Origin: Squalus acanthias
Lineage: Eukaryota
NCBI GenBank assembly: GCA_030390025.1
Contig: CM059431.1
Location: 148,492,001-148,556,000 of the forward strand
Direction of reading: 5' to 3'
DNA: 64,000 nt
Positions 25,345-36,989 of the stretch are shown one piece after another; the stretch's first letter is position 1; each line of letters starts with the position of its first letter. The notes under the pieces are model-generated. The model was not told the origin of the DNA and ran no database searches. It saw nothing but the letters and a program-made list of their open reading frames with translations. A program made the translations under genes and the position numbers.

Positions 25345-27415
25345 GACAGTGTAGAGGGAGTTTTACGCTATATCTAACCCATGCCATATCTGCCGTAGTA
25401 GCGTTTGATGGGGCCGTGTAGAGTGAGCTTCACGCTTTATCTAACACGGGGTGTATATGCCCTGTGAGAGCCTGATGGGACAGTGTAGAGAGAGCTTTAT
25501 TCTGTATCTAATCCCTGCTGTGCCAGCCCTGGGAGTGTTTGATGGGACAGTGTAGAGGGAGCTTTACTCTGTATCTAATCCGTGCTTTATCTGCCTTGGT
25601 AATGTTTTATGGGACAGTGTAGAGGGAGCTTTACTCTGTATCTAGCCTGTGCTGTACCTGCCCTGGGAGCATTTGATGGGAAACTGTAGAGGGAGCTTTA
25701 CTCTGCATATAATCCGTGCTGTACCTGCCCTTGGTAGTGTTGAAGTTGAAAGTGTACAATGAGCTTTACTCTCTAACTAATACGTGCTGTATCTGCCCTG
25801 AAAGTATAGAAGGGCAGTGTAGAGGCAGATTTACTTTGTATCTAACCCGTTCATTATCTGCCCTTGGAGTGTTTCATGGGACAGTGTAGAAGGAGCATTA
25901 CTTTGTATCTATCGCGTGCTGTTCATGCCCTGGGCGTGTTTGATGGGACAGTGCAGAGGGAGCTTTACTTTCAATCGAAACCATGCTAAACCTGCCCTGG
26001 GAGTATTTGCTGGGACAGTGTAGAGGGAGCTTTACCCTGTATCTATCCCTTGTTATACCTGACCTGGGAGTGTTTGATGGGACAGTGTTGATGAAGTTTT
26101 ACTTTGTATCTATCGCGTGCTGTTCATGCCCTGGGAGTGTTTGATGGGACAGTGTAGAGGGAGCTTTACTCTGTATCTAAACGTTGTTATACCTCCCCTC
26201 GGAGTGTTTGCTGGGACAGTGTAGAGGGAGCTTTACTCTGTATCTAACCCGTGCTGTATCTGCCCCTTGAGTGTTTGAGGGGGCTGTGCAGAGGGAACTT
26301 TACTCTGTATCTAACCCGTGCTATACCTGCCCTGGGAGTGTTTGATGGGACAGTGTAGAGGGAGGTTTACTCGGTATTTATCCCGTGCTGTACCTGCCCT
26401 GGGAGTGTTTGATGGGACAGTGTAGATGGAGCTTTACTCTGTATCTAACCCCATGCTGTACCTGACCTGGGAGTATTTGATGGGAATCTGTAGAGGGAGC
26501 TTTACTCTGTATATAATCCGTGTTGTACCTGCCCTTGGTAGTGTTGAAGTTGACAGTGTACAGAGAGCTTTACTCTCTAACTAATACGTGCTGTATCTGC
26601 CCTGGGAGTATTTGATGGGAAACCGTAGAGGGAGCTTTACTCTGTATCTAACCCTGTGCTGTACCTGCCCTGGGAGTGTTTGATGGGACAGTGTAGAGGG
26701 AGCTTTACTCTGTATCTAACCATTTTTATACCTGCCCTGGGAGTGTTTGATGTGACAGTGTACAGGGACCATTACTCTATCGAACCCCGTGCTGTACCTG
26801 CCCTGGGAGTGTTTGATGGGACAGTGTAGAGGGAGCATTACTCTCTATCTAACCGTTGTTATACCTCCCTTCGGAGTGTTTGCTGGGACAGTGTAGATGG
26901 AGCTTTACTCTGTATCTAACCCGTGCTGTATCTGCCCCGGGAGTGTTTGAGTGGGCTGTGCAGAGGGAACTTTACTCTGTATCTAACCCGTGCTGTACCT
27001 GCCCTGGGAGTGTTTGATGGGACAGTATAGAGGGAGCTTTACTCTGTATCTAACCCGTGCTGTACCTGCCCTGGGAGTGTTTGATGGGATAGTGCAGAGG
27101 GAGCTTTACTCTTTATTTAACTCGTGCTGTACCTGCCCTGGGAGTGTTTGATGGGACAGTGTAGAGGGAGCTTTACTCTGTATCTAACCCCGTGATCTAC
27201 CTGCCCTGGGAGCGTTTGATGGGGCAGTGCAGAGGGACCTTTACTCTGTATCGAACCCTTGTTATACCTGCCCTGTGAATGTTTGATGGGACAGTGTAGA
27301 GGGAGCTTTACTCTGTATCTAACCCCGTGCTGTACCTGCCCTGGGAGTGTTTGATGGGACAGTGTAGAGGTTACTTTACTCTGTATCGAACCTCGTTCTG
27401 TACCTGCCGGGGGAG
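25345..27415. repeat. 67-bp satellite, ~31 copies
   Basis: gtgtagagggagctttactctgtatctaacccgtgctgtacctgccctgggagtgtttgatgggaca; a dispersed monomer also at ~8800-8880. Confidence 0.95.
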
Positions 27416-27854
27416 CAGTTTAAACTAAGATGGCTGTCATTACCCATGCCTCACAGTACTGAGCATTAATCTGAGAATGTAGTTGTGTTCGTCATTCCTG
27501 TTAGTACAAAACTCCTTCTGTTCAGCCTGTAAGGTTCTGTCTATCGCTGGGGTCCGGTTTACTCGGCAGTTCCTTCACGGGTCAGTGCTGCGTATTGCTA
27601 TTGAACCTCGGAGACGTCACGGTCAGACTCCATCTTGATTTCTACTTCCTTAACATCGGCCGTCTCCGCCCCTGCCTGAGCTCATCTTCTGCTGAAATCC
27701 TCATACATGTCTTGGTTACCTCTAGACACGAAATCCTGAGAACAAATAGATATAAATAATGTAATAGGAATATAATCAATGATTTTTAATTCACTGATTG
27801 AAACCAGGCAAGGCCTGTGATCAGAGCGGGGCGTCATGCTCCGCTAAACAAATT

Positions 27855-28400
27855 ACATAGAATCATACAGCACAGAAGGAGTCCATTCATTCCATCGAAC
27901 CTGTGCCAGCTCTTTGAAAGAGCTATTCAATTAGTTACCTTCCCCTGTTTTTTTCCCATAGTCCTGCAAATCCCTCACTTCCATAATTGATCCCGTTCCC
28001 TTTTGAAAGTCATTATTGAACCTGCATCTATTACCTTTTAAGGCAGTGCATACCAGATCATAACAACTCGCTTCTTAGAAAAGATTCTCCTCATCATCCC
28101 TCTGGTTCTTTTCCGGATTATCTTATATATTTTTCTTCTGGTTACCGACCAGATATTTTCTCCCTATTTATTCTATAAAACCCGTCATAATTTTGAACAA
28201 CTCCAGTATATCTCCTTTTTATATTGCGTGCTCTCTGGAGAACAATTCCAGCTTCTCTTGTCACTCAGCATAAATTAAGTCCTTCATCCTTGGTATCATT
28301 CTGGTAAATCTCCTCTGTACCCACTCCAACACCTTGACATGTTTCCTAAAGTGTGCAGCCAAGAATTGGACACAATACTCCAGCCGGGGCTTAAAATTGT
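27855..28400 (-). mobile_element. CR1 LINE 3' fragment
   Basis: atagaatcatacagcacagaagg tail; ccaagaattggacacaatactccagc (LEYCVQF) end. Confidence 0.8.
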
Positions 28401-28509
28401 ACAGTTAAGTTTATATTTTCCCTATTCATTTTCCTCCCAGATTTATCGTTCACATTTCTATGCATTTAATTTCATTAGACTTGTTTTCATGTTTATTAAT
28501 ACATCTGAT

Positions 28510-29765
28510 GTGGCCATGGCTGACACGGTCAGCAATTAATGCACATCCCTAATTCCCCTTGAGAAGGTGGATTTGCCACCTTCTGGAACCGCTGCAGCTC
28601 GTGAGTTGAATGTTCTCCCACAGTGCTGTTACGAAGGGAGTTGCAGGATTTTGACCCAACGACGATGAAGGAACAACGATGTACTTCCAAACCAGGAAGC
28701 TGTCTGACTTGGAAGGGAACTTGGAGTTGGATACGTTTCCTTGCGCCTGCTGCCCTTCTCCGTCTAGATGGTAGAGTTCGTTGGTTTGGGAGGTGCTGTC
28801 GAAGAAGCCTTGGCCAGTTGCTGCAATGCATCTTGTAGATGGTACACTCTGCATCCACGGTGCGCCGGTGGTGGAGGGAGTGAATGTTTAAGGTCCTGGT
28901 TTTGGTGCCAATCAAACAGGCTGCTTTGTACTGGGTGACGTCGAGTATCTTGAGTGTTGTTGGGGCTGTACTCATCCAGGCAAGTGGAATCTATTCCATA
29001 ACACATCTGACTTGTGCCTTGTAGATGGTGGAAATGCTTTGGGATGTCAGGATGTGAGGCAATCGTCGCAGAATACCCAGGCTCTGACCTGATTTTGTAG
29101 CCACAATTTTTATGTGGCTGGTTCCGGTCCAGTTAAGTTTCTGTTGAATGGTGACCCTCAGGATATTGATGCAGGGGATTTGGCGGTGGTAATGCCATTG
29201 AATGTCACGGGAAGCTGGCTCTTGTTAGAGATCGTCATTGCCTGGCACTTTGTGGTGCGAGTGTTACTTGCCACTAATCAGCAAAAACCTGAAATTCGAC
29301 CAGGTCTTGCTGAATGCGGACACGGGCTGCTTCATTTTCTGAGGAGTTTCGAATGGAAGTGACCACTGCAAACTTAAGCGAATATCCCCATTTCTGACCT
29401 TAAGATGAAGGGATGGTCATTGATGAAGCAGCTGAAGATGGTTGGGCCTTGGAGACTTCATTGAGCAATTCCTGCAGCGATGTCCTGCGACTGAGACTGT
29501 TGACTTCCAACAACCACAGCCATCTTCCTTCTTGCTAGGTATGACTCCAGCCAATGAAGAGTTTACCCCCTCATTCCCAATGACTCCAGCTTTACGATGT
29601 TGGCAGTCACTCTCACCTCAGCTCTCGAATTCAGCTCTTTGTCCATGTTTCGACAAAGGCTGTAATGTAGTCTGGAGCCGAGCGGCCCTGTCTGAAACCA
29701 AGCTGAGCGTCGATGAGTAGGTTATTGGTGGGCAAGGACCACTTAACAGCAGTGTCGCTGACACC
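28510..29765 (-). mobile_element. CR1-clade LINE family B fragment
   Basis: LNIHSLHHRRTV..CTIYKMHCSN; colinear with 61710-63010. Confidence 0.85.
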
Positions 29766-29779
29766 TTTATCACTTTTCT

Positions 29780-30480
29780 CTTTTCACCAGTCTGTCTCTG
29801 TCTCCTGAAGCCTGCTACTATACCACTCAGTGTTTACTACATTTCCCAGTTTTGGTTCATCTGCATACGAACAAATTATGCCCTTTACATATATATATAG
29901 TCTATATCATTAATATTTATCAAAAAGATAAATGTTTCAAATAGGGAACCCTTTGGGACACCATTGTCTACTTCCCTCCAGCCTGAGCAACAGCCATTCA
30001 ACACTAACTTTTGTTTTTTGTCCCTTTGCCAAAGCTAGATCCCCACTGCCACTGCCACTTTAGTCTTATCTAGATTTTTTATGGCACTTCATTAAATGGA
30101 TTTTTAAAGTCCATATACACAACGTCAACCACGCAAAACTCATCAATCATGTACGTTACTTCATCAAAATACTTAATCAAGTTTGTCAGACACACTTTGC
30201 TGTTAACATATCTGTGCTGGTTGTCATTTATTAAACCATGTTTCTTTCCAAGTGGCAGATAATTTTATCCGGGAATATGGCCTCTAGAACTTTCCCCATC
30301 AACGACGTTAGCCTGACTGTCCTATAGTAACATTGTTCATTCCTCTCTTCTTTTTTAAACTGGGTGTAACATTTGCAACCATGCAATCCTTTGGCCCCAC
30401 TCCCATATCCAAGGAGCGTTGAAAGATTCTGGCCAGATCCTGCGCTATTTCCACCATTCCTTCCCTCAGCAACCCTCATA
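29780..30480 (-). mobile_element. CR1 RT-region fragment
   Basis: YRTVRLTSLMGKVLEAI and decayed downstream RT motifs. Confidence 0.7.
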
Positions 30481-30564
30481 CATTCCAGCTGGACCGCGGA
30501 AAAGTTCTAATTTACTATGGTAGAAAACGTGCTGGATTGAAAGGGGTTAACAGAAGCTGTTTTT

Positions 30565-30720
30565 TCAGTGATTTTAATTAATGTCAGTCTCCACTGATTA
30601 ACTGAAACTGTTTGTTCAGTGACTGTAATTAATGTCAGTCTCGGTGGACCGTAATTCTCTCAGTGCAGGGTTTCCCTCTTCTATTAATAAGGGACTCCTT
30701 TCAATGTGTTATCCCATAGT
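30565..30720 (+). promoter_or_regulatory. Putative GPCR promoter block
   Basis: ctgtttgttcagtgactgtaattaatg...g.tttccctct shared with 53581-53660, upstream of both first exons. Confidence 0.55.
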
Positions 30721-30819
30721 ATCTGTGACGGCATTACCTCTGGTACTAACAGGGATCAACGCGCTGCTTCGCAAAGAAGGAGTCGGAATCTAAGAACAGT
30801 AGATTGGAATATTACAACA

Positions 30820-31000
30820 ATGGATTGGAATCTGAGAACAGTAGATTGGAATGTTACAACAATGGGCAAGAGTTTTTCCTCGGCGTTTGACGTTCTTTAT
30901 GAATATTATGATATGCTATCATTACAAAGTCGGATCCTTTACGCACTTCAGACGATTCAAATCTTTTACTATCCCCTCCTTGCTGTTGTTGGTGTTCCTG
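30820..31000 (+). CDS. GPR139-like: Exon 1 of GPR139/GPR142-like class A GPCR (N-terminus to mid TM1)
   Basis: MDWNLRTVDWNVTTMGKS...IQIFYYPLLAVVGVP G|GTAAGG phase-1 donor; start ATG choice (30820 vs 30862) uncertain. Confidence 0.78.
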
Positions 31001-31104
31001 GTAAGGCTCTCTATATTGCTATTAAGTCTATAAACCTTGTTTAACAGGATCACTGTTCTTATCTTTTACTCTCCCCTCCTTTGCTGCGGTTGTTATTCGG
31101 TAAA

Positions 31105-31212
31105 AAAAGAAGGACTTGCATTTGTATAGGGTCTTTCATGACAACCGTACGTCACAAAGTGCTTTACAGCCAATTAAGTTATTTTTGAAGTCGATTCATT
31201 GTTGTAATGTGG
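31105..31212 (-). mobile_element. Deu-type SINE 3' fragment
   Basis: Matches 32610-32720; flanked by ggtaa on both sides. Confidence 0.7.
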
Positions 31213-31379
31213 GTAAGTCTCTGTAACCAACTATTACCTCTCCAAACCTTTGCCTACTGTATTACCTTTCTCGTAAGTTACTCTCTCATCTTTGCCGCTG
31301 TTGGTATTCCTGTGAAGTCTCTACATTCAGCAATTAGATCTATACACCACGTCTCACTCTTTTGCTGTGTTTGTTATTT

Positions 31380-31860
31380 AAATCTTGGGAACACCAAAGC
31401 CATTGTCTTCAGTCCTCGTTACAAAGTCCATGTTTTAATCTACCAATTCAATCTCCCTCCCTGACCAACGTGTGAGGATGAACCAGACTGTTCGCAAACA
31501 CGGCGTTTTCTTTGACCTTGAGCTGTGTTCCGACCTTGTATCCTCTGATTCCCCAGTCCTGCCTAAAACCATTTCCATAATATCGAACATGTCAGTCTCA
31601 CCTCAGCCCTTCCACTGCATAAACCCCCACCCATGCCTTTTTTTAAACCTGACTGGAATATTCCAATAATCTCCTGGCTTACCTCCATAAACTAGAGTTC
31701 ATCCAAATCTCTGCTGCCCATAACCGAACACGCACCATTTCCTGTTCACACATCAACCCTTTGCTCGCTGACCAACATTTGCTCCCGAGCGGGAAAAGCC
31801 TCGATCTTAATATTCTCATCATTATGATCAAATCCCACCATGACCTCACCCCTACAATTA
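31380..31860 (+). mobile_element. Old L2 LINE fragment
   Basis: LNLGNTKAIVF, TVRKHGVFFD, LEFIQISAA-like decayed L2 motifs, related to 41000-41520. Confidence 0.65.
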
Positions 31861-32034
31861 GCCCCATTCCCAAGTTATTTTCCCATAGTCCTGCAAATTG
31901 TTACCCTTCAAGTATTTATCCAATTCCCCTTTTAAAGTTAATGTCTTCCCTGCTGTGCCTCTCCCAGTCTTTCTGTCTCTATTTTTCTTTCTCTCTGTCT
32001 CTCATTCTCCCTCTTCTCTCTCCCTGTTTCATGC

Positions 32035-32410
32035 TCATAGAATTATAAAATGGTACAGCACAGATTGGGGCCATTCGGCCAATCGTTTCCGTGCCATCTG
32101 TTTGAAAGAGCTGTCTCATTATTCCTACTGTTTACCCAGAGGACTGAAAAAAATTCCTCTTCAACTAATTATCCCATTCCCTTTCGAAGGTTACTATTGA
32201 ATACACTTCCACCACGTTCTCACACAGTGCATTCCAGATCACAGCAACTCACTGCAAAAAGAAAATTCTCCTCATCTCTGCTCTGGGTCTTTTGCCTATT
32301 ATCTTAGATCTGTGACCTCTGGTTAACCACCTTTCTGCCACTGGAAAGAAACTGACAAATGCACACTTTAAAACCCATCAAAGTTTTGAAATCTTTATTA
32401 AATCTTCCTT
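32035..32410 (-). mobile_element. CR1 3' fragment
   Basis: catagaattataaaatggtacagcaca tail; similar to 27855-28200. Confidence 0.7.
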
Positions 32411-32609
32411 TATGAAAAAGGACAGAGATAGACAAGGTGTGAACGCTTTCAACTAGGGAAAGGCCAATTTTATTTAGCTGAAATGTGATTCAGCAAGAGT
32501 GTACTGGAAACAGCTACTTGAAGGTAAATCAGTGTCAGAACAATGGGGGGCATTCAAGGAGGAGATAGTGAGGCTTCAGAGCAAATATGTTCCCAGAAAG
32601 AAAAAAAGG

Positions 32610-33063
32610 AAAGGAAAGACCTGCTTTTATATAGCGCCTTTTACGACCAGTGGACGTCTCAAAGCGCTTTTCAGCCAATGAAGTACTTTTGAAGTGGAGT
32701 CACTGTAGTAATGTGGGAAACACGGCAGCCAATTTGCAAACAGCAAGGTCTCAGAAACAGCAAATGATAATGACCAGAGAATCTGTTTTGTTATGTTGTT
32801 TGAGGGAAACATATTGGCCAGGACACCGGGGATAACTCACCTGCTCTTCTTCGAAATGGTGCCATGGTGTCTTTTACGTCCACCTGAGAGAGCAGACGGG
32901 CCCTCGATTTAACGTCTCATCCGGAAGACGGCACCTCCGACAGTGCAGCACTCCCTCAGCACTGTACTGGAGTGTCAGCATAGCTTATGTGCTCAAGTCC
33001 CTGGAGTGGGACTGAGAACCCACAACCTTTTGACTCAGAGGCGGTTGTGCTGCCAACTGAGCT
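32610..33063 (-). mobile_element. Full-length tRNA-derived Deu-domain SINE (SacSINE1-like), inserted in a plus-strand CR1 fragment (32415-33200)
   Basis: Minus strand: A-box agctcagttgg, B-box-like gggttctcagtcc, core ggaggtgccgtcttccggatgagacgttaaa, tail ggcgctatataaaagcagg shared with the L2 end at 40650. Confidence 0.8.
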
Positions 33064-35554
33064 ACAGCTAACAAAAAGAATGGTACTCAAAAACTGGAGC
33101 CCACTGAATGTCAAGGAGCATACAGGGAAGTATAAGCTAAATAAGAGTAGCTTTTCTCATATACTGAGAGCTCACAACTACAGAAAGCCTATAGGGGTAT
33201 AGAAATTGCAGGGTTTAAATAGGACTACATAGGATTACATAGCATATACGGCACAGAAATAGGCTATTTTACCCAACCAGTCTAGGTCGGCGTTTATGCT
33301 TCTCTCGAGCCTGTTCCCGTCTTTCCTCATCTTATTCTATCAGCATAACACTCTAATCCCTTCTCCCTCATATGCTTATCTAACGGCTCCTTAAATGCAT
33401 CTATGCTATTCGCTTAAACCACTCCCTGTGTTAGCGAGTTCCACATTCTCACCACTCTCTGGGTAAAGAAGTCTATTCTGAATTCCCTATTTGATTTTTT
33501 GGTGACTATTTCATATTGATGACCTCTAGATTGCTCTCCCCCAAAAGTGGAATCACTCTCTCTGTATCTACTCTTTCAAAAGCTTTCATGATTTTAAAGA
33601 GCTCTATCAGTTCACCACTCAGCCTTCACTTTGCAAGAGAAAATAAACCAAGACTCTTCATCCTTTCCTGATAGGTGTTCCCTCGCATTTCTGGTATCTT
33701 CTTTGTAATCTACTCTGCCCCCTCTCCAGTGCCTCTATATCCTGTTTTATAATGTGGCGATCGGAATTGCACACAATTATCCAAGTGTGATCTAACCAAG
33801 TCCACACCAAGGTTCAATACAAGTTTAGCATAACTTCACTACTTTACAATTCTATCTTTCTAGAAATAAACCCTAGTGTTTGGTTTGCTTTTTGTTTGTC
33901 CTTGTTAACCTGTGCCAATAGATTTCAATGATTTGTGTATTTGTTCTCCTAGATCCCTTTATTCCTCTACCCCATTGTTGTTTCTTATTTCCCAAGTAAT
34001 ATGTGACCTCCCTATTCGTCTTACCAAAATGAAACACCTCACCTTTCTTTTTGTTTAATTTCATTTTCTAATTATATGCCCATTCTGCAAGTTTATTAAA
34101 GTCTTCTTGTAATTTGTTGCAGTCCTCCTCAGTATTGGCCATCCTCTCCAATTTGGTGCCGTCCACAAATTTAGAAATTGTGTTTTAGATTACAAAGTCT
34201 AATTCATTAATATAAATTTTGAACAACAGTTGTCCCAGCACTGATCCTTGTCGAACACCACTACCCACCTTCTGCCACTCTGAATAGCTACCCTTTACCC
34301 CTATTCTTCGCTTTCAGTGTTGAAGCCTGGTAGCTATCCATTCTGATGTCATTACTGCATTTGCATTGTCTACTCTCTCTGTTAACTCTTCAATAAATAC
34401 CATTCGTTTGATCAAGCAAGGTTATCCCTTTTGAAATCCATGCTGACTATTCATTCTTATATTTTTCATTTCTAGATGTACTTAAATGTTACCTTTAGCA
34501 GGGATTCCATTATTTTTCCAACCACCGATGTTAATCTGATTGGTCTACAGTTCCCTGGATATGTTATATCTCCCATCTTAGATAAAAGTATTACGTTAGC
34601 ACTCCACTCGTCCTCTGGCCCTACACCATTTTCTAACGAATTGTTAAGTATGTGTAGTAATGCCTCTGCTATCTCTTCCCTAGATTCTCTTAAATACGTG
34701 GATGTAACCGCCCACACCAGGGGTTTTATCCTCTTTGAGTTTGATTAGATTATTTAGTATATCTCTTCATTTTATATTAAATGCAGTGAACTCATTACTA
34801 ATCTCGTCATCCGATTTCATCTCCACCTCTTCTATCTCCCTGGAAAATACTGAAGCAAAGGTATTATTTAATATCTCTGCCTACTCACTTTTGCTGCCTG
34901 TGGTATTATCGTCTCCATCGCTTAGTGGCTCTATTCCCAACACGACCTTCCTTTTTAAATGATATGACTCTGAATTATTTCTACATTTTGTTTTATATTC
35001 CTTGATAATTTAATTTCTTAGTCCCTGTTGCCTTCCTAATTGTTTTTTTGACTCCTCTTCTAATTCCTTCATATTCTCCATTATCACTCTCCCCTGCTGA
35101 CCATGAACTTAATGTATGCCGCTTTCCTAATGCTCATTGTTTCCCTTATGCCTTTTTTCATCCACGGTGTCTCGTTAATGTTTAGCTTGTTCTTGTTTAT
35201 TAGCAGAATATATTTTTCCTGGAATCTGTTGAAGACTGTTTTTATTGTTTCCCATTGCTGTTCTATATCATTGTTTGCCAATGTTGTCCATTTTATTTTC
35301 CTCACTTCTATTCTTAGTCCCTCAAAGTCAGCTGTTCTCCAATCTATTACCCTTGTCTTTGTCATACCTATTTCCTTCTGAATTATTATCTTAAAGCGTG
35401 TTATGTTATGGTCACTATTGCCTCGATGTTCCACTATGTTTTCTTCTCTTATCTGCTCTGATTCATTCCCCATCACTATATCCAATAGTGAATCCCACCT
35501 TGATGGGCTTTTTTCATATTGGGTTAGAAAGGAGAATTGTACACATTATGATAG

Positions 35555-36578
35555 CAAACTACTGCGGATGCTGGAAATCCGAAATAACAACAGAAAACGC
35601 TGGAAAAACTCAGCAGGCCAGACAACATCCGTGGAGAGAGAAAGAGAGTTAACGTTTCCGGTCGAAACCCTTCGTCGGAACTGAAAGAGCAGGAAATAAA
35701 CAGATACAAATGCAAGGGGGATGCTGGGGGGAGGAATAAACGAACAAAAGGGATGGTCTATAGTAAGTAGAGACATTAAGAGATGCTCAAGGCAAGACTA
35801 GATGGTAATGGGACAGGATGAGAAACAAAAGGTTAGGTGTGAAATGCTGGCAGAATCAGAGACAGCGGCCTTGGGGGCGAGAGAGAAAAAAAAAAGGAAA
35901 AAGGCACGGACCAAAAGAGTGGATAAAATGCATACATATGTGGTCGGGGCCGGGGTTATCATCTGAAATTGTTGAAATCGATAATGAGTCTGGATGGCTG
36001 TAAAGTGCTTAAACGAAAGATGAGGTGCTGTTCCTGGAGCTTACGCTGCACTTCTGTGGAACAATGCAAGAGGCTGAGGACGGTGAGGTCTGAGTGAGCG
36101 TGGAGGGGTAAATTAAAATGACATGCGACCGGAAGCTCGGGGTCATCCTTATGGACTGAACGGAGGTGTTCCGCTAAGCGGTCACCCAATCTGCGTTTGG
36201 TCTCCGCAATATAGAGGAGACCACATCGTGAGCAGCGAATACAGTATACTAAATTGCAAGAAGTACAAGTAAATCGCTGTTTCAACTGGAAGGGGTGTTT
36301 GGGGCCCTGGAGAGTGGGAAGGGGGGATGTATAAGGGCAGGGTTAGCATCTCCTGCGCTTGCACGGGAAGGCGCCGGGTGAAGGGGAAGGGGTGCTGGGG
36401 GTGATAGAGGAGTGGACGAGGGTGTCTCGGAGGGAACGGTCCCTACGGAATGCCGAAAGGGGAGGTGAGGGGAAGATACGTTTGGTGGTGGGATCACGTT
36501 GAAGGTGACGGAAATGGCGGAGGATGATCCGTTGAATGTAAAGGCTGGTGGGGTGAAAGGTGAGGACAAGTGGAACTT
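35555..36578 (-). mobile_element. Penelope-like retroelement 3' part with GIY-YIG endonuclease remnant
   Basis: QRFTCTSCNLVYCIRCSRCGLLYIAETKRRLGDRLAEHLRSV..VACHFN; upstream VPLVLTFHP..FRRDRSLRDTLVHS. Confidence 0.92.
35647..35682 (-). ncRNA. Minimal hammerhead ribozyme motif with a core U4C substitution
   Basis: agtt-CCGACGA-AG-GGT(TTCG)ACC-G-GAAA-CGTT-aact; palindromic ACGT helix III. Confidence 0.7.
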
Positions 36579-36989
36579 GTACACTTTGTTGTAGACCCAT
36601 TCTCTTATTCCCTTTACCTGCCTCATTTGTCCAATTAATATCTGGGTATTTGAAATCCCCCATGATTATTTTTCTTTGTTTTTTACTAATTTCCCTAATT
36701 TGTCTTCATATTTCTTCCTCCACCTCTCTTCCAATATTAGGTGGTATCTTGACAACCCCTATTAGTGTGATTGGTCCTTTAAAATATTTAATCTATATCC
36801 ACTTTTTTTATATTTCTGTCTTGCTGCTACCTGCGTCACTTTTATCTAATGCCATTATGTTATCCCTAATAAGTACAGCTACTCCACCTCCCCTTTTTCC
36901 CTCTTTCTATATTTTCTAAATATGTCATAACCAGCAATGTTTCATTCTCAGTCCTTATTTTTCGGTAGCCATGTCTCAGTGAAATCAAA

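Larger units (their letters stand above)
33225..36975 (-). mobile_element. Long decayed CR1 (APE to 3' end) interrupted by a Penelope element
   Basis: MGDFKYPDINW, NSDHNI, NCRPIRLTSVVGK, tail tacataggattacatag. Confidence 0.88.

Noticed and set aside
24880..27630. Possible small exons at ~24893-24990 and ~27529-27621
   Set aside because: Only generic AG/GT borders and short open frames, with no family match
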